DNA of 63,698 nucleotides, counting the filler, from Choristocarpus tenellus KU-1152 (taxonomy: Eukaryota; Protista; Phaeophyceae), in assembly GCA_964200185.2 (NCBI GenBank). It is 7 parts of 7 records of this genome, joined end to end, with 100 filler letters (N's around TTAATTAATTAA, not from the genome) between each part and the next. Parts side by side here need not be neighbours in the genome. Positions count along the whole stretch, not along the records: positions 19,517 to 51,171 come from CAXNAD020000079.1; positions 51,272 to 57,567 come from CAXNAD020008455.1; positions 57,668 to 60,752 come from CAXNAD020022431.1; positions 60,853 to 63,698 come from CAXNAD020024245.1; 3 more parts are not named here. One strand, given 5' to 3'. The notes beneath the pieces are model-generated. The model searched no databases. It was not told where the DNA came from and worked only from the letters and a program-made list of their open reading frames with translations. Made by a program: the position numbers and the translations under genes. This document shows positions 50,474 through 60,873 of this stretch, piece by piece. Each line of letters starts with the position of its first letter. The stretch's first letter is position 1.

Positions 50474-50995
50474 GCATAGACACCACAGAGAAGAGGCACA
50501 TACATGTGTATGCCATAGCTCTCAAGAACGTGACCGGTACATACTTGAAAAACAATAATATCTTAAAACTTTTAGAATTTGACATACAGGTCTCTAGAAG
50601 GCAAACCCTAACCCTAACCCTAACCCTATCCTGCCATCATTAAGGCAATGCAGCACTAATTATGGCAAAAATACTCAAAAAAGAGCTGAAGTAACCAAGG
50701 TTGCAAGGTGAACGCATGCATTTCATTGGATCAATGTGGCAAGTAGTCCATCCCACTGATTCAAATATTATTTTGTGTACCACCTTTCCTACCCTCTTAT
50801 CTCACCACCACTCACACAAAGAGTACAATCTTCCCATCAACCGCAATCTCACCTGTATGTCCATGGCTTCCCCAGCAAGTCCTCCTCAACATCAATCTCT
50901 GCGATATCTTTCCCGACATCATCCTCTTCAGGACCAGGCAAGGGTGTCCATATTATTTCCAGTGCACCAACATTGTTGTACGGTGCAGAGACGTT
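45335..50995 (-). CDS. 3' part of a kinesin-3-like (KIF28/KLP-6-type) protein with a C2-like tail domain and coiled coil; 5' part off contig
   Basis: In-phase exons: 50995-50853 (VGALEIIWTP...EEDLLGKPWTYR), ~49358-49193 (VDIKGATGLP...FVQYEL...FTT...PELNYSFVHHI), ~48182-48073 (FINSLKEPLIFRIW), ~47351-47233, ~46104-45953 (RIKELEEEVLKLKGEL) and ~45454-45335. The motor domain is not in the window. Confidence 0.62.
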
Positions 50996-51123
50996 CTATG
51001 AGACCCAGGGTTAGGGTTAGGGTTAGGGTTAGGGTTAGGGTTAGGGTACATGTAAGAATGAAGTCAAGGTCAATGAGATCAGTTAGAGAGGGAAGACAGT
51101 TGTAGAGGGTTAGGGTTAGGGTC
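46563..51123. repeat. Cluster of about 13 short interstitial TTAGGG/CCCTAA tracts in introns
   Basis: Tracts near 46563, 46727, 47977, 48508, 48632, 48786, 48858, 48961, 49489, 49731, 49816, 50605, 51008 and 51107, in both orientations. Confidence 0.88.
49945..50482. repeat. Intronic microsatellite (ACATAGAY)n / (ATAG)n
   Basis: About 540 bp of 8-bp variants ACATAGAC/ACATAGAT/ACATAGAG ending in (GATA)n. Confidence 0.95.
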
Positions 51124-51171
51124 AAAGTATCTTGGGGGGGGGGGGGGGGGGTGGGGGGAAAAAAAATAAAT

Positions 51172-51271
51172 NNNNNNNNNNNNNNNNNNNNNNNNNNNNN
51201 NNNNNNNNNNNNNNNTTAATTAATTAANNNNNNNNNNNNNNNNNNNNNNNNNNNNNNNNNNNNNNNNNNNN
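51172..51271. other. Artificial contig linker
   Basis: N44-TTAATTAATTAA-N44. Confidence 0.98.
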
Positions 51272-51284
51272 GGTGGTGGTTTTT

Positions 51285-51320
<36 letters not shown>

Positions 51321-52276
51321 CTTCCCCCCCCCCCCCCCCCTTTTTTTTTAACCCTCACCAGACACTCTCAGTCTTTACTCAAATACACTTTCACCTTTCT
51401 TGGCAATTATTATATTTTTACCCTCTATAATCGTACGTTGGCACGTGTGGGCGTTACTGGCGGGTTAGGGTTAGGGTTAGGGTTAGCAGGGCTACAGTGG
51501 GAAAAAATAGATACAGAAAACAGGGCTATGGGTATGCTTTGGCAAATCAATGCGTATCGTGTATGTAATGCAGAGCTGCAGGGGAACATATCGGAAACGA
51601 CAGGTGATAGGTTTCAAAATACGCATCATCCCAAAAGCCCTACCTTGAAACACATACATACTGCTTGACTGGGTGGCATGCTACTTACAGCACTACCTGC
51701 TGCAGTATGGTTCCAAATTAGTACCTCGGAGTAGAACTTGGTATCGCATTGCTACCCCTCGGAGTAGCAGTACTGCATTGATTCAGTGCATCTGTTGTTT
51801 GGATAGTCAGCCCTGTAAGAGGTCCTACACATCTTCCAGGTTCTAAGGGTTGCAACAGTTTTCAATGCTCTTTCTTCTACTACAAAATATTATATTATAT
51901 ATATTTTTATATTATAAAATACTGCGCGTACAAAATATGCCATGGAGTACCAAAACTCTCACTTCGTTGATTAAAAAAACTTATTTTAGGCGTGACGAAA
52001 CTGATAGCAATAGAAAAAAGAAACACACGGCAGTATGAAATAAAACATACGCACTACTAGGTACATGTGACCCAGGTCCAAACCGCACACAGAGAAGGAG
52101 GTACTTCAGTCCTAAACTACAGTAGTCCATGGAGGGTACCAACAGTACTACAGTGGGAACAGCAAAGGGGGGAGTGGGGAATAGCGAGCTAAGACAAACC
52201 TAATCATTGTCTTCTCTTCATACTGCATTGTACAGTAAGCCAATCTACTATTAGGTAACAACATCTAGCCACTCAC

Positions 52277-53486
52277 AGAGGCTGTTATCTGCAACACCTG
52301 ACATCCAGCTCCAGTATCCTTCCATCCAACCCCAAAATGGACCGTAAGCAGTACCCACCTACATGTTTGTTGGTTGCATAGATTGTTCGTTGTGAGAGAG
52401 GGTGGGCTTCGATTAGATAGATGAGCAATTCAAGTGCAAGGTGATGATAATATCTCTGGAACAACAACAGTAATGCCCAATTACTTGACATTTATCTGGA
52501 TGGTTAACGGCGAGGGGGTCCTGTCTGAGGGTGGAAGCCACCGCCAATTAGACGCATCTAAGGTAGAAGGTTTGACCAGTGTTCTTGAAGATCCAGGAAA
52601 CTATTGTACAATTGCATCTAATGAACATGAAAATGCCGACGCTTGACATAATTGTGAAATAAAGAGGACCACATGACACCTACGAAGAACAGAGACAAGC
52701 TATGAAACAACTTGCAAACGTATCCTACGTCAAAACCCTCACCACCAACTCACCCAGGCAACAAAACCTGAAGCCTCAGGAAAAGCAGTAGAAAGCTCAG
52801 CAGTTACCATGGCCTCGGGGATAGACCAAACCAAGGGAAGGAAGAGGAATCCCAGGATGGTTAAGAGGGGCCCACCTGCTGCCACTGCTGGTTCAATCCC
52901 GAACGGTCCACCGCTGACGCTGTAGAAGATGAGCATCACTAGGGGCTAGCATGTAGGGGCAGAGAGTCAGAGAGATTGACTGGGTGAGTGTGGGTTGGTT
53001 GGCCCGTAAGTTGGTAGGGAATAGAGACTCAGTTGCGGGATGTATCATATATTTTTTGACAGTAACTTGCCACCCACCTTACCAAGATTTACTTGCCATG
53101 TTTTCCTCTTGAAGTTAGTCCCATCTAAGCACAAAATTAGACTTCTTCTCCCTCTCATCGACCCGTCCACTTACCCAGAACGACACAGACTTTCTCCTAT
53201 CTGTTCTCCCTCGACCTTCCTCCGTCTCAGATATGCTCGAGTAAGCGCCTGGATTGATTTGGCCGAGCCCTGCGTGGTCAAAGTCGAAGCTTCGCCTAGA
53301 TGGTGGGCCGCCAGCGCTAACCTCGGATAAGCCCGAGTTGAAGTTGGGGTGGTTGTTTGGAAGCATACCGTATGATCCATCGCCTCCTCCTTTTCCGTTT
53401 CCGTTGCTCATCCAACCAACATCCTCTACTCCTTGGGCGATCAGAGGTTGAGCGAGGAGATATTGCGCTTCTTCATTGTTGGGCAT
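52277..53486 (-). CDS. APC-superfamily polyamine/amino-acid transporter (PUT/RMV1/LAT-like), 5' part; exons ~53486-53175, ~52946-52754, 52358-52277
   Basis: [65 protein letters not shown]...[24 protein letters not shown] is the hallmark PUT/LAT N-terminus. Confidence 0.9.
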
Positions 53487-53856
53487 GTAGAAGATTGTAG
53501 GGGGCGATTAGCCGACCTTTTAAGTGGTAACGTTCGTATGGAGATCTGTTGGAGTCAAGAAGAGACCAATGGGTTCGAGGCAGTGAGTCGCCTGCTCTTG
53601 GCAACACAGTGTCAGCTGAGGCTCCGTCCCGACCCCATGTCCAGATTAACTACACAGTTCCAACCCGAGAGGCAAGAACACCTCCAATACCGACAACGAT
53701 GCACCTAAGACAAGTAGCAGAACCTCATTTCGGTGCGATCAACGTTTAGTGAAGTTGTTGAAAAATTGATTTTCAGGATCCCCTGCAAGCAATACCAAAC
53801 CCAGCTCTGGACTTGAACTCGACATTTCTTGGACACGCTAGAGGAGAATTTGCGTC

Positions 53857-56491
53857 ATGCCATGCACCCAAAGGCCGAGCCGGCTTATTGTGGCGATAAA
53901 TACTCTCGGTTTCGCTAGAGGTGTGCATTGCTTCATCCCAGGATGGCTTCATTCCCTGAGAACACCCCATTGTTTGCCGCAGGATGTTCCTAGATGCCTT
54001 AGACAAGGTCTGTTATCACAGTCTCTCTACTCCACCCACATCCCACGAACCGCTCATGAGGCGGTTGGTACTGTCAAAAAAATCTTGTTGGAAGGACATG
54101 CTGTTCAAGGGGGAAGAGGGGATTGTGAAGGTCAGCAAGAGTGCACCTGTCTATAGATGGGTTCAGGGGTCTCCTTTGCAGAGCTATCTCATGGATAGAG
54201 CAGCTTTGCCGAAGGCGCTCGATCAAGCTTGCTGGTAGAAATTTGGGTTGGAAAGGTCGAAAGATTTTTTCCTCCCCTTCCAAGGGGAATTGATCCTGAT
54301 CTAACCATGCGCTTCATACGATCCTTGATCAGGCGAGACTCCCTCAACTAACCCATCGAGATTGGAAGATCCCAGCGAGGCAGTGGTTCGGCGTTGGATC
54401 AACACGGTAAGTTGGCTCCTGCAGTGTCTTTCATTTCTATTTGCAGTTGGTTTGGTTGATAGCGTAATATGAGTGAGATACTCTGGAGCGATTCGATAGA
54501 AATAGGCAAAGCACGTGTGCGGTGAGCATGAACTTTCTCCTCAGTAGACAAATGACAACTGTAACAAGTCCTAGGATTACCATCCTGAACACACACTATC
54601 TAACCCCAACAAGTGTACTGTGCAAGGCGATATGCATATGAAGCTAGACATAGGTATATATATCTCTTCGTGTCCTTAGATCCATCCTTCGCACATAGTC
54701 TCTTCTTACCACAAGAAGTATCATGTGCAAGGTGATGCACACACAAAACCAGAAATAGATTTATCTCTGTGCTCAATGAAACTCTGTATCCTATTCCTTG
54801 CAGTTGCCACCGACATTTGACTGACCTTGTTCAATTGCATTCCCTTGACCTATCTTGGGCTCAGAACGAAAGAATCCACCTGATTGGTCGTATGCGGTAC
54901 GCGTAGTAGCAGTCGATCAATTTGTGTGGCGTATCTGGCGTATCTGTCTGTCAGTCTCTTGGCTTTGGAGTAGCAAGGGAATGGAAATAATTTTGTCCAA
55001 TGCCCATCTTCTCCATCATTCTTGTTTTCGTTGGAACCGTTGTTGTTACATCAGAGTCCATCTGATAGTATGTAGATGTGCGTATGCCGAGGAACGCGTG
55101 CTTGCTAGTGGTTCGAAATTTTGTGTGTTGTACCCCTGGGGATATATTCTGATTAATATTGCGATGATATGCCGTTGTCCCTAAACGTGGCTTTGCAATG
55201 CCTGATTCATCTGTCCCAAAGCAGCAGGCCATGATTGCGTCCATGCATGGTTCATTCCAGTTGAAGTGTATGTTGTACAGTGTGTGCTTTTGGAAGACTG
55301 CTCTACCTACAACTGTATTTAAATATTTTTTTGACAGGTAGGCTGATCTTCTTTGCTGATAGCGATCTTACTATACTCCAGAAATACTCTCAAAGTTCCT
55401 TCACTGTTCTGAACCCAAATGTTCACATGCCCCATCGATGGCGCCCTCTTCTCTCGAAGAACCAATAACCTTTTATGGTACTTGAAGTACTCAGTGCAGA
55501 GGTGTGCTTGGTTCTTCTACTAACCTTTTATGGTACTTGAAGTACTTAGCGCAGAGGTGTGCTTGGTTCTTCTACTAATCTTTTATGGTACTTGAAGTAC
55601 TCAGCGCAGAGGTGTGCTTGGTTCTTCTACTTCTCAAAACTAAGAACCGTGTGAACCAGGGCAGCAGTACTGCTCTACACTAGTAGACCTTCAGGAGGCT
55701 AGAGTAGATATTTCGTGGGCGGTGCCTGGTTTGGTTCTAGTTTGGTAGGTTCTCCCAAGAAATTTGACGTGTCTCTCAAGTATCCTGTAGGACGGCGTGT
55801 GGATGCTCAAGTAGGGCATACACTATACGTGTCCCCGAACATAAAAACGCCAGCACACCTATCTAAGAAACACATCATGCCCAACAGACAAGCGCGCGCA
55901 GGCGTGCGCATCATGAACTTGAATAATCACTGTGACTAAACTTGAATAATAATCACTGTGACTAAACTTGGATAATAATCACTGTGATCAAACTCGAATA
56001 ATTGCTGTGACTAGACTCGAATAATCACTGCGACTAAAATTTTACATTCGCTGTGACTAAAGTTTAATAATCGCTGCGACTAAACTCGGGTAATCACTGT
56101 GTCTATTGCACTTTCGCGTGACTGTCACTAGTATGTACTCTAGGGTTGATGGATAAGACAGTGCGGACAAGGTTGCTTACGTAAACCTATTCTCAAGTCC
56201 ATTTGGAAGGAACTTTCTAGAAAGAATGTTGTTTGTTGAATGTTCACTGGTCGCATTCGAGTCAACGACAGTTCCACCCCTCCCTTCTCACCCGTGCCCC
56301 CATTTCCGCAACGTGTGTGCTCTGGTGTTGGGGGGCTGGGGAACACAGGCGAGCAGGAGAGGTCAGACAGACAGGGCGGCTATGTACCTCCGAAAGTACC
56401 GGCAAGGGCTGGCGACCAAGGGGGAGCTGGTCGGCCTGCGCGTTTACAACTCCGCCCTCCGAACCATGGATATAAACAAGAAGTGGAGACT
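53857..56491 (+). CDS. Probable plastid-targeted pentatricopeptide-repeat protein, 5' part; exons 53857-54130, 54333-54406, 56349-56491
   Basis: Hydrophobic N-terminus followed by VHC|F (ASAFAP-like) and a Ser/Arg-rich transit-like stretch. Phase-consistent splicing gives EAVVRRWINTASRRGQTDRAAMYL...LRVYNSALRTMDINKKWRL (PPR-like helices). CTAAC branch point at 54301. Confidence 0.6.
55466..55630. repeat. Three near-identical 55-bp tandem units
   Basis: TAACCTTTTATGGTACTTGAAGTACTCAGTGCAGAGGTGTGCTTGGTTCTTCTAC x3 with 1-2 substitutions. Confidence 0.95.
55916..56104. repeat. Minisatellite, ~22-26-bp unit, about 8 copies
   Basis: AAACTTGAATAATCACTGTGACT variants. Confidence 0.9.
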
Positions 56492-56999
56492 GTGAGACAT
56501 TAGAGTTATTGTACTTGCTCGAGAGCGCCCCAGAGTGCTGCTCCAGAGTGTCCTATAGGCGTTTGTATCTATTGTTCCGATATATTGTAAGCGTATTTGT
56601 GTAGTTTTAGGCAGTAGAGCGCTCTATGTATATATACATGTGTGTATGTATCTACTTTGGGATGTGTTGTATTGTCCTCAATTTATTGTTTTTTGACGTG
56701 TACGTAGGTGAGTGTATAGATCCTTGCAATCACAGTGTAGGTATATCGGGCAGGATCTGCCAGGATTGGGACTCTTGGGGTTACAGTGTCCTACCTATTA
56801 TTATCATGTTGAAACAGGTTTCTGGGTTACAAGATTGGCGTTGAGATTGTTTATGTTGTTGGAAGTTCTGAGGGGGGAGGGGGGTGGAGGGCATTTTTGG
56901 ATTGTGGCATTTTAATGAGCTCTTCTATCCCTTTTTTTTTTCCATTGTTTTCCATTTTTTTAAATTCTGATTGGATTGGTTTGTTGGTTATGTAGGTTG

Positions 57000-57002
<3 letters not shown>

Positions 57003-57038
<36 letters not shown>
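57003..57038. repeat. (AG)n microsatellite
   Basis: Pure AG dinucleotide run. Confidence 0.95.
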
Positions 57039-57045
<7 letters not shown>

Positions 57046-57275
57046 ATGAGAGACAAGAGAGAGACAAGAGAAGAACACTAGAATTTGGTGATGATCGCCA
57101 CTGATGTAATGTGATGTGATGTTACATCTTGCTGTTGCTGTTCTTTTTTTTGGACTTTGTACTGTACCATACTGTACTTCACTTTTCTGTAGCGCTTAAT
57201 TGTTGTACTTTTTCACACTATGCTATTCTGTACTATACCATGCTGTGCTGCGCCTTACCGCTCTGTACTTCGCTC

Positions 57276-57540
57276 TACCGTACTGTACGGCACCGTACGA
57301 TACTGTACTGTACGATACTGTACCTTACCGTACCATACCATACTGTACCGTACCATACTGTACCGTACCATATTTGTACCTTACCTTACCGTACCATACT
57401 GTACCGTACCATACTGTACCGTACCATACTGTACCGTACCATACTGTACATTACCGTACCGTACCATAGTGTACCTTACCGTACTGTACCGTACCATATT
57501 GTACATTACCATACCGTGCCATACTGTACCGTACGATACG
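57276..57540. repeat. Pentamer microsatellite (GTACC/ATACT/TTACC)n
   Basis: Compound 5-bp repeat, the source of the spurious TVPYH/YRTIL ORFs. Confidence 0.92.
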
Positions 57541-57567
57541 TGTTAAGCTGGAGTCACCAGGGAGATG

Positions 57568-57667
57568 NNNNNNNNNNNNNNNNNNNNNNNNNNNNNNNNN
57601 NNNNNNNNNNNTTAATTAATTAANNNNNNNNNNNNNNNNNNNNNNNNNNNNNNNNNNNNNNNNNNNN
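57568..57667. other. Artificial contig linker
   Basis: N44-TTAATTAATTAA-N44. Confidence 0.98.
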
Positions 57668-58347
57668 TAATCTTTCAAATGTATGTACCACGAGGTAGTC
57701 ATAGGGATCCTTCAAACTCAATGACACCCCCCCCCCTCTTATAGATGATATGTATCACTCCAGTGCTTTGAAGCTGTAGTATTCCAGTATTGTCACCAGA
57801 TTATTATTTTTTATGGTAGTGGTCGGAGTTACATACATTTCAGGCATGTACTTTTGTGTGGATTGTTTTTTTTTTCTTTGTGAGACGAAGAGGGGAGTAG
57901 GGTTAGGGATGTGTAACCTGCTCCATGGTGATGTCAAGGGTGGAAAGTCTTCTCTCGATTGCCAGTGTGTTTGTTGTGTGTTTGTGTGTGAAAGAGCTGT
58001 TTTGAAGAATACTTATTTTGTATTTTTTTGTAGAATTTTTTTGTTTTGTTTTAAATCTCGAAGTGAAAAAAAGATAAAACTGGAATTGATTTTATCTTTG
58101 CCTTGCCGTTCTATTGTATTTTTAATTAACCTCGATTGTGTTAACAGAAAACCCTCTTCTTTTTTAGTGACACACCTCTGTTGGTATATTATTATATTTT
58201 TTTGCTCTATATGTTGAATGATCGTTTTATAGTGTTTCATTAATAGCAAGAAATGCTTATTTACTTTTTTTGTAAGAATTGCGAAAAATATATAACTGTT
58301 TGCGCACACACGTACATGCACGCACGTACACGCGCGCGCGCGCACAG

Positions 58348-58514
58348 GTGAAGGATTGTGCTGCACGACTGGTACAGTTAGCGAAGGGCACAGGAATTGG
58401 GGTATTTCTTGTGGGGCATGTGACTAAGTCTGGTAATATTGCAGGGCCTAAGGTTGTGGAGCATATGGTGGACACTGTGTTGTACCTGGAGGGCGACAGA
58501 TTCAACTCTTACAG
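58348..58514 (+). CDS. radA: Single internal exon of bacterial-type DNA repair protein RadA/Sms (nuclear-encoded, likely organellar)
   Basis: [56 protein letters not shown] matches the RadA/Sms GHVTKxGxIAGPxxLEHMVD motif. Bounded by CAG and GT. Confidence 0.93.
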
Positions 58515-59575
58515 GTACTGAGCGCTGCAGGTCTGGTATACAAAGTTCGCTTTGGGGTACGAGGATTGAGTGTTTCCAAAAGTACAAGTGTGTACAAGGT
58601 GGTATGATTGTTGTGGCGCATGGTTTGTGGGGTGAAGTTATCTGGACCAGTGAATGGTACTCAGATTCCATGCGTTATTCTTTGAGAATTGAGTTGTGAT
58701 TGATCTTGTGTTAGGGGTGTGTTCGATCAGTTCCAAGTGGTTAGATGCTTGGGTACTGGTAGGTGGTAAGCAGTTGTATTGTGCTGGAGGTTCTTCAGTA
58801 GGACTTGTTAGAGTCATTGCACTATGGAAGATGTATTACTAGACATGTTGCAAGAAGTGGTTCTAGACATTTTTGCAAAAAAATATTTTTTATTTTCTGT
58901 GTTGAAGAGGAACATAAGAGTGTGTGCTCCTCTAGATATCTAAACTGCACTTACACATAGATACGCTTTGTATAGCCTGTACCTAGTGTGGGATAGGTTA
59001 CCAGTACCCTATCACCTTACTCTGCGCTGCAGTATGTGACTCTTGGGTGAGGTGCATCTCCGATTTAATTGTTGAGGCGATTACTCTCTGAAACACGTTA
59101 CAGCCACCGTCACCATGTTGACTGCTACACCAGTACTTCTATTACTTCTGATATTCTTGGTACTAGTACTTAGTACTTTAGAACTTGTATTGGGGTACTT
59201 GGACTGTTGCGGTACTTGTGTTGAAGTGAAATTGTTGAGGTATCACCATACCCACTGAGGCCAGCAGCAGTAAGTCCTGCTCGAGACTTAGTGGCCCCAG
59301 CGCTTGAGTGGCATCCCAACATCTTGGACAAGTCAGAGGTGTGTGACTTCAAATTCTGACCGGTTTCTTTCTGAATTCCTTGCATGAGAGGAATAAAGAT
59401 ACATCTTGTTGTGTCCTTCCTTTTCCTGGAGGGTTGAGAGGGAAATGTGAAGATTGGCATTACCACACATAGGCTAGTGTTGGGATGGACTACTGCTTGT
59501 GCGGGGCAGTGCCCTTGCCCTTTGGTTTGTCAGGGTGTGAGGTACCACTATACCACCACGCAAGAGTAATGATGC

Positions 59576-59654
59576 TAGTGGTACCTATGGTAAAGTTGTA
59601 CCTATGGTACAGTGGTACCTATGGCATAGTGGTACCTATGGCATAGTGGTACCT
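59576..59654. repeat. 17-bp tandem repeat AGTGGTACCTATGGCAT, about 4.5 copies
   Basis: Direct reading of the sequence. Confidence 0.85.
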
Positions 59655-59850
59655 CGATATTTTGACAAAATCTCAGAAGTTGTGGGAAGAATTGCATGGT
59701 CTGACTGTCTAGGTAAAGGGGGTTCCAAAGATGGAATTGAAAGGTGCAGTGGTACCTTACAGTGGTGATGCGTTTTTCATCCCATGCCATGCCTCTGTTC
59801 CCAAAAATTCTGTAAGGTATTACTTGCACTAAGTTACCCCCCTTAAGTAC

Positions 59851-59896
59851 CCTAAGCCTAGCACTAACTCTAACTCTAGCCCTAACCCTAACCCCT
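59851..59896 (-). repeat. Degenerate interstitial telomeric repeat
   Basis: CCTAAG CCTAGC ACTAAC TCTAAC TCTAGC CCTAAC CCTAAC. Confidence 0.8.
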
Positions 59897-60675
59897 ATTT
59901 TGGCAATATACAAGTCATGTTTGTTGAATTGGAGGGTTATTAGTCTCTTTCAATGATAACAATACATTGAAAGAAAATAAATATGTAAGAAAAAAAAAAC
60001 TAAAGGTGTAATTTCATAGTCACTGTTTTCATTTTCAGACTCCGTTGCCTGTTAATATTCCCATTACTGATAAATAAATATATTTATATATACATAAATA
60101 AATAAATATATCGCCTCTCCCGATTTAAAAAGCAAAACCGACACAAGTACCTGTGGGTTGGACCAGTCCTATCTCTCCACCCCGAACCACCTAGTCCCAT
60201 CCCAGTCCTCTGTACTTCCTGCCAAATATTGAGGTACCACTTGTCAACCGGGGCAGACAGTCCCATATTTTACCAATTGTATATATACCCTGGTGGTGCG
60301 ATGCTATCTCAGTATTTAGACAAAGTCAGAGGTTGAAGCATCGAACCTTTACTAGGTGGGCTTTCTGACTCCCTCGAACCTTTCTCAACTAGCAGGAGGG
60401 TAAAGGTGGACTCGAGGGGAAACATGAAGATCAAAATTACTACTCGGGGGGAGGGCACAACTAGAACCACAACTAGAACCGCAGATTGCGCCGGCTAGGA
60501 CCTCGGCCTCTGATTTTATTCAAATTTTGAAAAAACAAAAACAAAAAAACCTAACCCTAACCAGTATTATATGTGTAGTGAGACAAGCCGCTGCCCCAGT
60601 GGGATCTGAATGTGTAATGCTTGTACCTTTTTTAATATGTATTAATCACACCAATGCTGCCCCCCCCCCCCCCCG

Positions 60676-60710
<35 letters not shown>

Positions 60711-60752
60711 CTCCCCCCCCCCCCCCCCCCCACCTCCCCCCTCACCTCCCTC

Positions 60753-60852
60753 NNNNNNNNNNNNNNNNNNNNNNNNNNNNNNNNNNNNNNNNNNNNTTAA
60801 TTAATTAANNNNNNNNNNNNNNNNNNNNNNNNNNNNNNNNNNNNNNNNNNNN
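60753..60852. other. Artificial contig linker
   Basis: N44-TTAATTAATTAA-N44. Confidence 0.98.
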
Positions 60853-60873
60853 GGGGGGGGGGGGGGGGGGGGT

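Noticed and set aside
49741-50585. Three long overlapping ORFs (YVSMCLC repeats)
   Set aside because: Translations of the octamer microsatellite in an intron.
55466-56104. CRISPR-like appearance of the tandem arrays (also 27708-27893)
   Set aside because: Units are contiguous and homologous along their whole length, with no unique spacers, no cas genes and a eukaryotic context.
57129-57546. ORFs with TVPYH/YRTIL repeats
   Set aside because: Translations of the pentamer microsatellite.
58348-58514. RadA/Sms as bacterial contamination or recent horizontal transfer
   Set aside because: It is a spliceosomal exon flanked by long introns, and nuclear-encoded organellar RadA is known in photosynthetic eukaryotes.
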